Source of the DNA: Betaproteobacteria bacterium
Lineage (GTDB): Bacteria > Pseudomonadota > Gammaproteobacteria > Burkholderiales > Usitatibacteraceae
Direction of reading: 5' to 3'
Length of the DNA stretch: 61,542 nt
NCBI GenBank assembly: GCA_043768625.1
Contig: JAYVKG010000028.1
Span: 1-61,542 of the forward strand
Shown here: positions 8,779 through 18,892 of the stretch, in pieces
Layout: each line of letters starts with the position of its first letter
Position numbering within the stretch: the first letter of the stretch is position 1
The notes under the pieces: generated by a model
Database searches by the model: none
Seen by the model: only the letters and a program-made list of their open reading frames with translations
What the model was told of the DNA's origin: nothing
Made by a program: the position numbers and the translations under genes

Positions 8779-9593
8779 GGTGCGCCTTGTTTCAACATAT
8801 TAATAACTGGTTCGGTGGAAGGCCGAACGCCGCGCCAAATGTAAAAAGCTTCTGCTGCCTGTTCCACCAGCATCCCCAATCCGTCTGCGGTTCGTGCACC
8901 GGTATTGGCGGCAAGTGCCAGAAAGGGTGTCAGACCTTTGCCATACATCATGTCGTAGGCCAGTGCGTTTTTGTCAAAGCAAAATGCCGGTACCAGCGGC
9001 ATACTTGCCGTAAGGCTGGCGGAGGTCGCATTGATCAATATATCGAACCTTCGCGACGCCAGCGCAGCGGGACCAAGCACGCACATTACGTTATCTGCGC
9101 CAAACTCAGCGGCGATTACCTCCGCTTTGGCCGACGTACGATTAGTGATAGCAAGCGTTTCCGGCTGGCAGTCGAGCAGCGCGCCCAGTACGCCACGGGC
9201 TGCGCCACCGGCACCAACCAGTAATATTCTGGCTCCAAGTAGTGACTGGCCGATGTTTTGGATAATATCGCGGCATAGGCCGATGCCGTCGGTGTTGTCG
9301 CCAACAATTCTGTTGCCTGCAAAACTGAGTGTATTCACAGACCCGCCGCGCGCGGCACGCGCGGTATGTTCATTTGCGTAGGCGAACGCGTCGCGCTTGA
9401 ATGGCACGGTGACGTTGGCACCTGAAGCACCGCTAATGCGAAACGCGTTAATCCGTTTCAGAAACCCCGTGGGTGATGCAAGCAAACGTTCATACTGGAT
9501 GTCCGCGCCAAACTCGCGCGCGAACGCGGCATGAATTTCCGGCGACTTTGAATGTGCGACCGGACAGCCAATAACAGCATAACGATCGGTCAT
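8775..9593 (-). CDS. aroE: Shikimate dehydrogenase
   Basis: 272 aa. PVAHSKSP, NVTVPFK, NTDGIG and GAGGAARG Rossmann motifs. Confidence 0.93.
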   Translation of the reverse strand: MTDRYAVIGCPVAHSKSPEIHAAFAREFGADIQYERLLASPTGFLKRINAFRISGASGANVTVPFKRDAFAYANEHTARAARGGSVNTLSFAGNRIVGDNTDGIGLCRDIIQNIGQSLLGARILLVGAGGAARGVLGALLDCQPETLAITNRTSAKAEVIAAEFGADNVMCVLGPAALASRRFDILINATSASLTASMPLVPAFCFDKNALAYDMMYGKGLTPFLALAANTGARTADGLGMLVEQAAEAFYIWRGVRPSTEPVINMLKQGAP

Positions 9594-9684
9594 TTAAGGC
9601 GGCGTGACAAAATTGACCACTGCAAACCGGTTACAGGCGAACGAGTGGCGTTATGTATGATGGCCATCATCCGAAAAAAGTAAC

Positions 9685-9731
9685 CGAACCAAAATGGTGC
9701 GCGCAATCTCAATTTGCCCCAAACAGGTGCG
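9685..9731 (+). promoter_or_regulatory. Two candidate NtrC enhancer sites upstream of glnA
   Basis: CGAACCAAAATGGTGCG (9685-9701) and TGCCCCAAACAGGTGCG (9715-9731) each match 11 of 14 specified positions of TGCACCA-N3-TGGTGCA. Their centres are 30 bp apart, about 100 and 70 bp upstream of the sigma54 -24 element. Confidence 0.5.
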
Positions 9732-9792
9732 GCAAATCAAACGCGAGGTGGGTGTTTTATTATTAATCAATCGCTTAGGCATTGTCATTGAG

Positions 9793-9808
9793 TGGCATGC
9801 TTTCTGCT
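9793..9808 (+). promoter_or_regulatory. Sigma54 (-24/-12) promoter of glnA
   Basis: TGGCAT-gcttt-CTGCT has correct GG-N10-GC spacing, about 65 nt upstream of the glnA ATG. Confidence 0.65.
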
Positions 9809-9871
9809 AAATTTTTGGCACGGCAACCATTTAAAATTAGCAACTTTCAGCATATTAATCAGGAGAGCAAT

Positions 9872-11281
9872 ATGGCAGTCGCAGATGTACTAAAAATGGT
9901 AAAGGAAAACGAAATTAAATTCGTTGATTTCCGTTTTACCGATACCAAGGGCAAAGAGCAACATGTATCCGTGCCGGTTAAAGCATTTGGCGAAGATAAA
10001 TTCACCGAGGGACACGCGTTTGATGGCTCTTCGATCGCCGGCTGGAAAGGCATTGAGGCTTCCGACATGATTTTGATGCCGGACCCGGAGTCCGCTTTCA
10101 TCGATCCTTTTTACGATGAACCCACGCTGGTGCTTTCGTGTGACGTGATTGAACCGTCAACAGGAAAGGGTTACGACCGCGATCCGCGCTCGCTTGGACA
10201 TCGCGCTGAGGCGTATTTGAAATCAAGCAGCCTCGGTGACGTCGCCTACTTTGGCCCGGAACCGGAATTCTTCATATTTGACGCGGTGGAATGGTCGGAC
10301 AATATGTCGGGAAGCTCCTGCAAAATTTATTCCGAAGAAGCCGCATGGTCGACTGCTGAAAAATTTGAAGGCGGAAATCTAGGCCATCGCCCGACGGTTA
10401 AGGGCGGCTATTTTCCCGTACCGCCCGTGGACCAGTTGCAGGATATCCGGTCAGCAATGTGCGTAGCACTGGAAGACGTTGGCGTGGAAGTGGAAGTGCA
10501 TCATCACGAAGTCGCAAACGCCGGACAATGTGAGATTGGCACCAAGTTCGAGACACTCGTAAAGCGCGCCGATTGGAACCAACGGCTTAAATATGTGGTG
10601 CAAAACGTCGCACACAGCTACGGCAAAACGGCTACCTTCATGCCCAAGCCGATTGTCGGCGATAACGGCTCGGGCATGCATGTCCATATGTCAGTGTGGA
10701 AAGGTGGCAAAAATCTGTTCGCGGGTAACGGCTACGCTGGTCTTTCTGAATTCGCGTTGTATTACATCGGCGGCATCATCAAGCATGCGCGTGCGCTAAA
10801 TGCGATCACCAATCCGGGTACCAATTCCTATAAACGGCTGGTACCAGGCTTCGAAGCACCGGTGAAACTGGCCTATTCCGCCCGCAACCGCTCGGCATCG
10901 ATCCGTGTGCCGTACGTACAATCAGACAAAGCGCGTCGCATTGAAGTGCGTTTCCCGGATCCAACCGCGAACCCCTACCTTGCATTTGCTGCGATGATGA
11001 TGGCAGGTCTGGACGGCGTGCAGAATAAGATTCATCCGGGCGACCCCGCCGACAAAAATCTGTACGATCTAACGCCGGAGGAAGATGCCAAAATACCGAC
11101 CGTCTGCTCTTCGCTCGACCAGGCGCTGGACTATCTGGACAAGGACCGCGAGTTCCTCACCCGCGGCGGCGTATTCTCCAACGAAATGATAGATGCTTAT
11201 ATTGAGCTCAAAATGCAGGAAGTGACGCGCTTTCGCATGACGACGCATCCGATTGAATTTGATATGTACTATTCTTTATAG
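9872..11281 (+). CDS. glnA: Glutamine synthetase type I
   Basis: 469 aa from an ATG preceded by AGGAGAG. Motifs: [33 protein letters not shown], and adenylylation-site region (KNLYDL). The track ORF starts at an upstream TTG (9782). Confidence 0.97.
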   Translation: MAVADVLKMVKENEIKFVDFRFTDTKGKEQHVSVPVKAFGEDKFTEGHAFDGSSIAGWKGIEASDMILMPDPESAFIDPFYDEPTLVLSCDVIEPSTGKGYDRDPRSLGHRAEAYLKSSSLGDVAYFGPEPEFFIFDAVEWSDNMSGSSCKIYSEEAAWSTAEKFEGGNLGHRPTVKGGYFPVPPVDQLQDIRSAMCVALEDVGVEVEVHHHEVANAGQCEIGTKFETLVKRADWNQRLKYVVQNVAHSYGKTATFMPKPIVGDNGSGMHVHMSVWKGGKNLFAGNGYAGLSEFALYYIGGIIKHARALNAITNPGTNSYKRLVPGFEAPVKLAYSARNRSASIRVPYVQSDKARRIEVRFPDPTANPYLAFAAMMMAGLDGVQNKIHPGDPADKNLYDLTPEEDAKIPTVCSSLDQALDYLDKDREFLTRGGVFSNEMIDAYIELKMQEVTRFRMTTHPIEFDMYYSL

Positions 11282-11345
11282 GTAGGGTTGGCAAGTAATT
11301 GCACGGCAGTAATGCGTAGTCACCACGCGTTATCAGTAAAAGCGA

Positions 11346-11381
11346 GGGCGGAAAAGATTGGATCTTTCCGCCCTATTTTTT
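11346..11381 (+). terminator. Rho-independent terminator after glnA
   Basis: gggcggaaaaga / tctttccgccc stem followed by tatttttt. Confidence 0.8.
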
Positions 11382-11496
11382 GCCCCTGCCTTGTTGGCAA
11401 TACGCGGCACGGTAAAAATTGCTCACGCCGATGGGCATTAGAGGACCATTAACTACTGGTAGTGTTCGGCCTTAGGTCAGACCACAAGTCATTGTA

Positions 11497-11525
11497 TTGC
11501 AAAAGATTTTTGCCGGTCGTATGCT
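11497..11525 (+). promoter_or_regulatory. Candidate sigma70 promoter for the DUF4124 gene
   Basis: TTGCAA, 17-nt spacer, TATGCT, about 50 nt upstream of the ATG at 11578. Confidence 0.35.
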
Positions 11526-11577
11526 ATAAGGCCTTCTAATGCGGACGCGCTGGGTGAATAATCCGGGCTGAAACGCA

Positions 11578-12291
11578 ATGAATCAACTTGCAAAATGTGT
11601 CGTTGCGCACTTGGCCATCCTGCCTGTGATGGTGTTTGCACAGAATGCGCAAACGATTTACAAGTCGGTTGACGAAAGCGGCCGCGTCACTTACGCCAAT
11701 TCGCCGATCAAAGGCGGTGCCAAAGTGGCATTGGAACCCCTGACGGTGCTCCCCTCTTTGCCCAGCGCCGCGATGGTATCGCTGGTTCAACCAACTGCGG
11801 CCCGCGTCATACCAGTGGCGAAAGTGACTAGCGTGTCATCGCCTGCCTATTCAATTGTTGCCGTACCGGCGGTCGCGAACTCCGCCGCCCCTCCAACATT
11901 AGCGCCGAGCGCCTCCGTATCCACCGTACCGCCGCCAACGACAGTAGCCACCCTCGTCTTAAGTGAAAACATACAACTGCGCGCACGTCAGCAACGCGCC
12001 GATACTCGACAGCGCATTTTGCATAGCGAAATCCAGACCGAAGAAATATCGCTGGAGGGCGCGCGCCTGGCACTTGCGGAGGAGCGGCGCAGGTCGGGCG
12101 ACATGCGCGCAATGCAATCCGCGTTAACTGCCACTGCGGCAACGTTAATGCCGCAAAAAGCGCCTGGCAGTGCCGACGTTCGCGCCGATATTGAGCGCCA
12201 TTTCGAGCGCGTGCGCAATTTGCAAGACCAAGTTGCCATGCATGAAGTCAATATTGCTGAACTGCGTGAAGAGTTGATCAGCCGTAAGTAA
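11578..12291 (+). CDS. DUF4124-like secreted protein with coiled-coil C-terminus
   Basis: Signal peptide, then IYKSVDESGRVTYANSP (the Y-K-x-x-D-x-x-G-x-x-x-Y motif I associate with DUF4124), an Ala/Pro/Ser-rich linker and a charged helical C-terminus. Confidence 0.7.
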   Translation: MNQLAKCVVAHLAILPVMVFAQNAQTIYKSVDESGRVTYANSPIKGGAKVALEPLTVLPSLPSAAMVSLVQPTAARVIPVAKVTSVSSPAYSIVAVPAVANSAAPPTLAPSASVSTVPPPTTVATLVLSENIQLRARQQRADTRQRILHSEIQTEEISLEGARLALAEERRRSGDMRAMQSALTATAATLMPQKAPGSADVRADIERHFERVRNLQDQVAMHEVNIAELREELISRK

Positions 12292-12330
12292 GTACGTCTC
12301 CTTTCGATCGGGTTGCCGATCGATACTTGA

Positions 12331-12365
12331 AACGCCGAAGGTGAAGAGCCTTCGGCGTTTTTTTA
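12331..12365 (+). terminator. Rho-independent terminator after the DUF4124 gene
   Basis: aacgccgaagg / ccttcggcgtt 11-bp stem with a 7-nt loop, followed by a T-run. Confidence 0.8.
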
Positions 12366-12422
12366 TCGCCGACTGGTTAAAAACGGTATCCTCGAATGGC
12401 GCGCTTGGTACCTGGATGTTAG

Positions 12423-12438
12423 TGGCGCAAAACTTGCT
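12423..12438 (+). promoter_or_regulatory. Sigma54 (-24/-12) promoter upstream of ntrB
   Basis: TGGCGC-aaaac-TTGCT matches TGGCAC-N5-TTGCW. It lies about 32 nt upstream of the ntrB ATG. Confidence 0.6.
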
Positions 12439-12469
12439 TTTTATATTTTATTTTTGCATCGCATAAAAA

Positions 12470-13564
12470 ATGTTGCCCCCTCCTTCTCCAATGTATGCCG
12501 GACTCGACCTGCTTTCCACTGCGGTGATTATTCTCGACCGGTCATTTGCAGTGAAATATGCGAATCCCGCAGCTGAAACCATGTTTGCCTTTAGCCAGAA
12601 AAATGCATTCGGTGTTTCGTTCGAACGATTGTTCTCGGCGCATGGCGGTAACGCGGCGCTATTTGCCCTGCTCAATCAGGCAGTCAAATATGACGCCAGT
12701 TTCAGTGAAAACGAATTGACGCTCGAAACCGCGGCTGCCGCCATTTTGCACACCGCCTGCATGGCTTCGCCGACGGAAGGGCAGCGGCTGACACTGGAGT
12801 TTCATCAGCAGGACCAGCAAATGAAAATTGTTCGCGAAGAAAAAATACTTGCGCATCAACAACTCAATCGCGAACTGATTCGCAATCTGGCCCACGAGAT
12901 CAAAAACCCCCTCGGTGGCATCCGCGGCTCGGCGCAATTACTGGAACGCGAACTGCCGCATATCGAATTGAAAGAGTACACGCAGGTAATCGTGCAAGAA
13001 GCGGACCGTCTGCAAGCATTGATGGATCGCCTGCTGACACCGCATCATTTGCCAAAGCTGGTCAGACTCAATATTCACGAAGTGCTGGAACGCGTGCGCA
13101 TGTTGATTTTGGCTGAATTCCCCGCTGCCGATGGCATTAGCGTCGTGCGTGACTATGACACCAGCCTGCCTGAATTGACTGGCGAGAAGGAACAGCTCAT
13201 CCAGGCCTTGCTGAATGTGGCGAGAAATGCGGCGCAATCGATGAAGGGCCGAGGTGAAATCCGCATCGTCACCCGTATTGCACGGCAGGCGACCCTCGCG
13301 CGCGTGCGCTACCGCTACGCCATCATGATCGACATTATCGACAATGGCCCGGGCGTCGCAAGCGCGTTACAGGACAAAATTTTCTACCCACTGGTATCTG
13401 GGCGCGATGGCGGGACCGGTTTGGGATTATCGATTGCACAAGACCTGGTCAACCAGCACCAGGGCATTATCGAATTCGAAAGCGTGCCCGGACAAACACG
13501 GTTTACGGTGCTGTTGCCGGTGCGAATAATTGAGCCAACCCCGGAATCATTCCAACATTCTTGA
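12470..13564 (+). CDS. ntrB: Nitrogen regulation sensor histidine kinase NtrB
   Basis: N-terminal PAS, H-box HEIKNPLGGIRGSAQLL and HATPase (DNGPGV.., GTGLGLSIA). Directly upstream of ntrC. Confidence 0.93.
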   Translation: MLPPPSPMYAGLDLLSTAVIILDRSFAVKYANPAAETMFAFSQKNAFGVSFERLFSAHGGNAALFALLNQAVKYDASFSENELTLETAAAAILHTACMASPTEGQRLTLEFHQQDQQMKIVREEKILAHQQLNRELIRNLAHEIKNPLGGIRGSAQLLERELPHIELKEYTQVIVQEADRLQALMDRLLTPHHLPKLVRLNIHEVLERVRMLILAEFPAADGISVVRDYDTSLPELTGEKEQLIQALLNVARNAAQSMKGRGEIRIVTRIARQATLARVRYRYAIMIDIIDNGPGVASALQDKIFYPLVSGRDGGTGLGLSIAQDLVNQHQGIIEFESVPGQTRFTVLLPVRIIEPTPESFQHS

Positions 13565-13573
13565 AAGCAGTTC

Positions 13574-14977
13574 ATGCGACCAGTGTGGATCATCGACGAC
13601 GATAAAAGCATTCGCTGGGTAATCGAAAAATCGCTTTCGCGGGAGGGCATTGTTTTTCGCTCATTCGTCGCCGCGCAGGACGCACTGGACGCGCTGGAGC
13701 ATAGTTCGCCGCAGGTTGTTATCAGCGACATCCGGATGCCAGGTGCTTCGGGGCTAGAATTCATGCAGCAGTTGAAAGCCAAGTTACCGGCGACCCCGGT
13801 CATCATCATGACAGCCTATTCGGATCTGGAAAGTGCGGTCGCGGCGTTCCAGGGTGGGGCATTTGAATATTTGCCGAAGCCATTCGATGTCGACCATGCT
13901 GTCGAATTGATCCGTCGCGCGCTAGATGAGTCCATTCGCGAATCGCAAATCGATGACATCAATAGTGACGTGCCCGAAATACTTGGCACCGCACCGACTA
14001 TGCAGGAAGTTTTTCGTGCCATTGGTCGTCTTTCCCAGTCTCATGCGACGGTATTGATTACCGGCGAATCCGGCACTGGCAAGGAGTTGGTTGCACTAGC
14101 ACTCCACCGCCATAGCCCGCGCGCCGGCAAGCCGTTCATCGCCATCAATTCTGCTGCCATTCCAAAAGATTTATTGGAAAGTGAATTATTCGGCCACGAA
14201 CGCGGTGCTTTCACCGGTGCAGCGACGATGCGTCGCGGACGATTCGAACAAGCCGATGGCGGCACATTGTTTCTGGATGAAATAGGCGACATGCCGCCTG
14301 ATTTGCAAACGCGCCTGTTGCGGGTTCTGTCAGACGGACAATTTTATCGGGTTGGTGGCCACACGCCGATGACAGCGAATGTGCGCGTCATCGCGGCGAC
14401 CCATCAGGACCTAGATCAACGTGTAAAAGCCGGATTATTTCGCGAAGATCTGTATCACCGCCTTAACGTCATTCGTTTGCGCCTGCCATCGCTACGCGAA
14501 CGTAGGGAGGATATTTCACTGTTGCTGAAATATTTTCTGGCCAAGAGCGCGCGTGAATTGAATGTTGATGCCAAACGTCTTTCCGAATCCGCGCTCGCAT
14601 TTCTGTCGCAACAGGAATTTCCTGGCAACGTCCGTCAACTTGAAAACCTTTGCCACTGGATTACCGTGATGGCACCTGCACAAACGGTTGAAGTGGCCGA
14701 TTTGCCTGCCGATATGCGCGGCACGGCGGGCGACAAAAACGCGGTGCCGGTCGACAGCAGTTGGCGGCGGGCGCTGGAACGCGAAGTTATGGCATCGCTG
14801 GCGCGCGGGGAAAAGGGAATTTTTGGCGGGCTCAATCGATCGTTTGAAGCGTCGCTGATTAGCAAGGCGCTGGAACACACCGGCGGGCGCAGGATTGAAG
14901 CGGCGATGTTGCTGGGTATCGGGAGGAATACTTTGACGCGGAAAATTCAGGAACTGGGCTTGAATGCGGAAATATAA
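13574..14977 (+). CDS. ntrC: Nitrogen regulation response regulator NtrC (sigma54 activator)
   Basis: Receiver domain, intact AAA+ (GESGTGKE Walker A, ESELFGHERGAFTGA, LFLDEIGD) and C-terminal Fis-type HTH. Confidence 0.95.
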   Translation: MRPVWIIDDDKSIRWVIEKSLSREGIVFRSFVAAQDALDALEHSSPQVVISDIRMPGASGLEFMQQLKAKLPATPVIIMTAYSDLESAVAAFQGGAFEYLPKPFDVDHAVELIRRALDESIRESQIDDINSDVPEILGTAPTMQEVFRAIGRLSQSHATVLITGESGTGKELVALALHRHSPRAGKPFIAINSAAIPKDLLESELFGHERGAFTGAATMRRGRFEQADGGTLFLDEIGDMPPDLQTRLLRVLSDGQFYRVGGHTPMTANVRVIAATHQDLDQRVKAGLFREDLYHRLNVIRLRLPSLRERREDISLLLKYFLAKSARELNVDAKRLSESALAFLSQQEFPGNVRQLENLCHWITVMAPAQTVEVADLPADMRGTAGDKNAVPVDSSWRRALEREVMASLARGEKGIFGGLNRSFEASLISKALEHTGGRRIEAAMLLGIGRNTLTRKIQELGLNAEI

Positions 14978-15075
14978 ACTTCGCCAATGGAGCTGCTTTC
15001 CGGCCATTTTTGTTTGAAAATACCCGCCAGGTGGCCTTATTCGTCAAACCACTTGGGCGACGGATAGCGAGTTAC

Positions 15076-15882
15076 TTACGTTGTTTCCGTCTCCGCCTGC
15101 TGCGGCCGCCATTTCAGAAGTTTGTTCTCTGCGAACGTCACCGCAAAATCGAGCAGCAGCGCGAACACCGTCAGCACCAAAATGCCGGCGAACACGGTAT
15201 TAATGTCAAACGAACCTTCGGCTTGATGAATCAGATATCCCACGCCTTTGGCACTACCCAGGTATTCACCCACCACCGCACCGACGAACGCCATACCGAC
15301 GGAGGTGTGCAGACTGGAAAATACCCACGAGGTCGCCGACGGCAAATACACGTAGCGCAATAGTTGTGCGCGATTGGCACCAAGCATGCGGGCGTTATTC
15401 AGCACCACGGGTGAAACTTCTTTCACCCCTTGGTAAACGTTGAAAAAAACGATGAAGAACACCAGTGTCACACCGAGTGCCACCTTGGACCAGATGCCGA
15501 GCCCGAACCAGACCATGAAAATGGGCGCAAGAATCACCCGCGGCATCGCGTTCATCGCTTTCACATACGGATCGAGAATCGCGGCGGCGGTCGATGTCAG
15601 CCCAAGCCAAAGGCCGACCGCCAAGCCTAACAGTGTGCCGATCGCAAAGGCCAGGATAGTTTCCTGTAGGGTTACCCAAAGGTGCGGGTATATTTCACCA
15701 CTGTTGAACCACACCCATATTGCCGAGAAAATTTTCACAGGCTCGCCGAAGAAAAACGCCGCGCGATACTCGTTGTCAAAAAAAATAGGCGGCAGCAAGT
15801 CCGGCGCGGTCGCGATATGCCAGATGACGAAGATTGCGATAAGCAGGGCAACCTGCCAGAACCAGACGGGGATTTTTTTCAT
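15076..15882 (-). CDS. ABC transporter permease (NitT/TauT family type)
   Basis: 268 aa, about 6 TM, BPD-transporter inner-membrane component pattern. 4-nt overlap with the ATPase gene. Confidence 0.85.
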   Translation of the reverse strand: MKKIPVWFWQVALLIAIFVIWHIATAPDLLPPIFFDNEYRAAFFFGEPVKIFSAIWVWFNSGEIYPHLWVTLQETILAFAIGTLLGLAVGLWLGLTSTAAAILDPYVKAMNAMPRVILAPIFMVWFGLGIWSKVALGVTLVFFIVFFNVYQGVKEVSPVVLNNARMLGANRAQLLRYVYLPSATSWVFSSLHTSVGMAFVGAVVGEYLGSAKGVGYLIHQAEGSFDINTVFAGILVLTVFALLLDFAVTFAENKLLKWRPQQAETETT

Positions 15883-16691
15883 CCCACCACCTTGTTTCTG
15901 GTCTGCGCATACCCTTTCAACACTTCCGCTTTCATCGTGTGCCAGATTTGTTCGTGCAATTGCAGGAACCGCGATGTCATGCGGATTTCCGAAACGTCAC
16001 GCGGTCGTGGCAAATCGATCAAGAATTCGCCTATTGGGTGTGTCGCCGGGCCAGCTGCCAGCACGATGACGCGATCCGAAAGCGAGATCGCTTCCTCCAG
16101 ATCGTGGGTAATGAAAATGACCGACTTCTTGTCCTGTTCCCACAACTGCAACAGTTCGTTTTCCATTAGCTGGCGGGTCTGAATATCGAGCGCTGAAAAA
16201 GGCTCATCCATCAACATGATCTTGGGATCGAGGATCAGCATTTGCGCAAGGGCTGCGCGCTTCCTCATGCCGCCGGACATTTCATGCGGATAACGATTAC
16301 CAAACCCCGCGAGGCCGACGCGCTCGAGCCAGTCTTCTGCCTTGGCGCGGGCACTTGCCGCGCCTATCCCGCGAAATTGCAACCCGGCGGTGACATTATC
16401 CAGTGCCGAACGCCATGGCATCAGCGATTCGGCCTGAAACATGTAGCCCGCTTTCGCGTTCAAGCCCATCAACGGTTCACCGAATACCTTGACTTCACCG
16501 CTCGACGCCCTCAACAATCCGGCGCCGATATTAAGCAGCGTGGATTTGCCGCATCCGGTCGGCCCGACCACCGAGACGAATTCGCCGTCGGCAATATTGA
16601 GCGTCGTGTCTTTCACCGCCGTGTAGCCCGCACCACCTCCTTTACCGGTGAAGGTGACGGTGACATTGGTGAATGAGAGGGCCGTGGTCAT
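15879..16691 (-). CDS. ABC transporter ATP-binding protein (NitT/TauT family type)
   Basis: Walker A GPTGCGKST, signature MSGGMRKR, Walker B LMDEPFSALD. Confidence 0.9.
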   Translation of the reverse strand: MTTALSFTNVTVTFTGKGGGAGYTAVKDTTLNIADGEFVSVVGPTGCGKSTLLNIGAGLLRASSGEVKVFGEPLMGLNAKAGYMFQAESLMPWRSALDNVTAGLQFRGIGAASARAKAEDWLERVGLAGFGNRYPHEMSGGMRKRAALAQMLILDPKIMLMDEPFSALDIQTRQLMENELLQLWEQDKKSVIFITHDLEEAISLSDRVIVLAAGPATHPIGEFLIDLPRPRDVSEIRMTSRFLQLHEQIWHTMKAEVLKGYAQTRNKVVG

Positions 16692-16695
16692 GACT

Positions 16696-17733
16696 TTATT
16701 TGTATTTCGCGCCAGCCTTCACCGCGAAGTGGTTGTCAAATGTCGCCGCCAGGTTGATCGATTCGCCCGCCGCAATCACCGAAGGTTCGAACTGCTTCAA
16801 CACTTTATAAACATTCTGCGCCGCCTTCATGCTCATCTGCCCATCCGGCGAATAACCAGCCATGTTCTTTAGCAGTGCCGCTTTATATACCCCACGATTG
16901 CCCCCCATATAGGACTCCGGTACCACCGCCATCACCTGTTCCGGTGTGGCCTTGGCAAGCCAGCGCAACGCGCGCACCATCGCGTTCACCACGGCCTGCG
17001 TGGTGTTGGGATTTTTCTTGGTGAAATCGGAATTGACATATATACACGACGCCAGATAATCGCCGCCGTAAATATCTTTCATGCCTTTTTCAGTACGGCT
17101 GTCGGCAACAGCCACGAATTTTCCGCTCGCCTCCAACTGGCTCGTGACCGGATCAAGATTGGACATACCATCAAGCTCGCCTTTTTCCATCGCTGCCACC
17201 GCGCCCGAACCCGTGCCCGTACCTACAATTGAAATATCAGTCGGCTTCAGTCCGTCCTTGGCAAGCAGGTTGTTAACGAACATGTTGGTTGATGAACCAG
17301 GTGCTGTCACGCCGATCTTCAATCCCTTCAGGTCTTTGGGCGACTTATATTTCGCCGCCTTGTCTTTGGCCATTACCAGCGTGATCGAGGAATAGCCCGC
17401 CTGCAGTACCACGGCGGTTATTGGCTGTTTCTTGGCTTGCATGTTGATGGTGTGTTCAAACGCACCAGACACCATATCAGCACTGCCGCCGACCAATGCC
17501 TGCAACGCCTTTGCACCACCGGCAAAATCGGGAATCTCGACTTCCAGTCCTTCATCTTTGAAGTAGCCCTGACGTTCCGCAATCGTCAGCGGCAGGTAAT
17601 AAAACAAGCCTTTGCCGCCAACAGCGATGGTGATTTTTTTCTTCTCCAAAGCCTGCGCTTGGGCAATGTTGATCGACATGACGGTACATGCCGTCGCCAG
17701 TATCAACGCGACGCTGGTGGTTTTTTTAAACAT
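16696..17733 (-). CDS. ABC transporter periplasmic substrate-binding protein (NMT1/THI5-like)
   Basis: Signal peptide (..SINIAQA) followed by an SBP fold typical of nitrate/sulfonate/taurine-type binding proteins. First gene of the three-gene transporter. Confidence 0.8.
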   Translation of the reverse strand: MFKKTTSVALILATACTVMSINIAQAQALEKKKITIAVGGKGLFYYLPLTIAERQGYFKDEGLEVEIPDFAGGAKALQALVGGSADMVSGAFEHTINMQAKKQPITAVVLQAGYSSITLVMAKDKAAKYKSPKDLKGLKIGVTAPGSSTNMFVNNLLAKDGLKPTDISIVGTGTGSGAVAAMEKGELDGMSNLDPVTSQLEASGKFVAVADSRTEKGMKDIYGGDYLASCIYVNSDFTKKNPNTTQAVVNAMVRALRWLAKATPEQVMAVVPESYMGGNRGVYKAALLKNMAGYSPDGQMSMKAAQNVYKVLKQFEPSVIAAGESINLAATFDNHFAVKAGAKYK

Positions 17734-17870
17734 GCTCGCTCCTCATCGGTAAAAATATTGCGGTTAGAACCTGAAATTGAAAAACAGGAAAATGTTTAAC
17801 TTGTCGACCGACCGGCTGAAGTGCCTTGCTGAAATATTATTCTCGCCACAATGCGTTTCTTGATAAGTGA

Positions 17871-18815
17871 TCATTGCGTATAAAGCTTTGCCGGTACCGG
17901 GTGCAAATGCATGGTCTTACCGGCGCGCATTACCTGCCCGGTCACTTCATGGCCGACGATAAGTGGCATTTTCACCGCTACGGCCAAAAGTTTGTCGAGA
18001 TCGACGCCGGTGTCAAAATTCATGTCTTCGAGCATGTTCACCATATCCTCGGTACAAATGTTGCCAGTGGCACCCGGGGCAAAAGGGCAGCCGCCAAGAC
18101 CCGCCAGCGAGGCGTCGTAACTGACGATACCCGCCCGGATACCAGCCACCACATTGGCCAGGCCCATACCGCGGGTGTTGTGAAAGTGCAGCGTGAAAGC
18201 AATAGCCGAAAGTAGCGACAGCGCGTCAGAGGATAAGCGTTCGACCTGCGCCGGATTGGCCATGCCGGTGGTATCCGCCAGGGTGACGCCGTCGAAGCCA
18301 AGGTCGACATAGCGTTGGGCGAAAGCAAGCACGCGCTGTTCCGGTACGTGGCCTTCAAAGGGACAGCCGAAAGCGGTTGAGACGGTGCCGTTAATGCGAA
18401 TCCCGGCCTGTTTGGCCAGGCTTACCATGATTGCAAAATCGGCGAACGATTCGTCGCCTGTGCGATTCACATTGGCGCGGTTGTGCGTTTCTGATGCCGA
18501 CATGACTACATTGACTTCATCGATCCTGCCATGCAGGTTATGCGTGGCAATAGCCCGCTCCATTCCTTTGAGATTCGGCACCAGCACGCTATAGGTCACG
18601 TCAGCGTTGCGCTTAATATTGGTCAGCACCTCCACCGCATCAGCCATGTTCGGCACCAACTTTGGATGCACGAATGAGGTAACCTCAATTTTGGCTATGC
18701 CCGTTGCCGACAGGGCATCGATCAACGCGATCTTGGTTTCGGTCGAGATAATATTTTTTTCGATCTGGAAACCATCGCGCACGGCGACATCGTTAATACA
18801 AATGCGTTGTTTCAT
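17871..18815 (-). CDS. Hydroxymethylglutaryl-CoA lyase family (HMGL-like DRE-TIM) lyase
   Basis: VAVRDGFQ, HFHNTRGMGLANV and GLGGCPFAPGATGN motifs. I call the start at the ATG at 18815, preceded by AGGAAG. The track ORF starts 36 nt further upstream. Confidence 0.85.
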   Translation of the reverse strand: MKQRICINDVAVRDGFQIEKNIISTETKIALIDALSATGIAKIEVTSFVHPKLVPNMADAVEVLTNIKRNADVTYSVLVPNLKGMERAIATHNLHGRIDEVNVVMSASETHNRANVNRTGDESFADFAIMVSLAKQAGIRINGTVSTAFGCPFEGHVPEQRVLAFAQRYVDLGFDGVTLADTTGMANPAQVERLSSDALSLLSAIAFTLHFHNTRGMGLANVVAGIRAGIVSYDASLAGLGGCPFAPGATGNICTEDMVNMLEDMNFDTGVDLDKLLAVAVKMPLIVGHEVTGQVMRAGKTMHLHPVPAKLYTQ

Positions 18816-18892
18816 GTAGTCTTCCTGCGGCTGTCGTTGCACGCGTTTCACGTATCATTATCGGCAAAGCGTTGGGATAAGGGCAACAGGGG

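Noticed and set aside
9816-9832. Second TGGCAC hexamer upstream of glnA that looks like a sigma54 -24 box
   Set aside because: No GC dinucleotide occurs at the required GG-N10-GC spacing (it reads TGGCACggcaaCCAT). The element at 9793-9808 fits the spacing correctly.
11404-11432. ttggcaatacgcggcacggtaaaaattgct, a sigma54-like sequence downstream of glnA
   Set aside because: Both possible GG/GC pairings are off-register (by 1 or 3 nt), so it is not called as a promoter.
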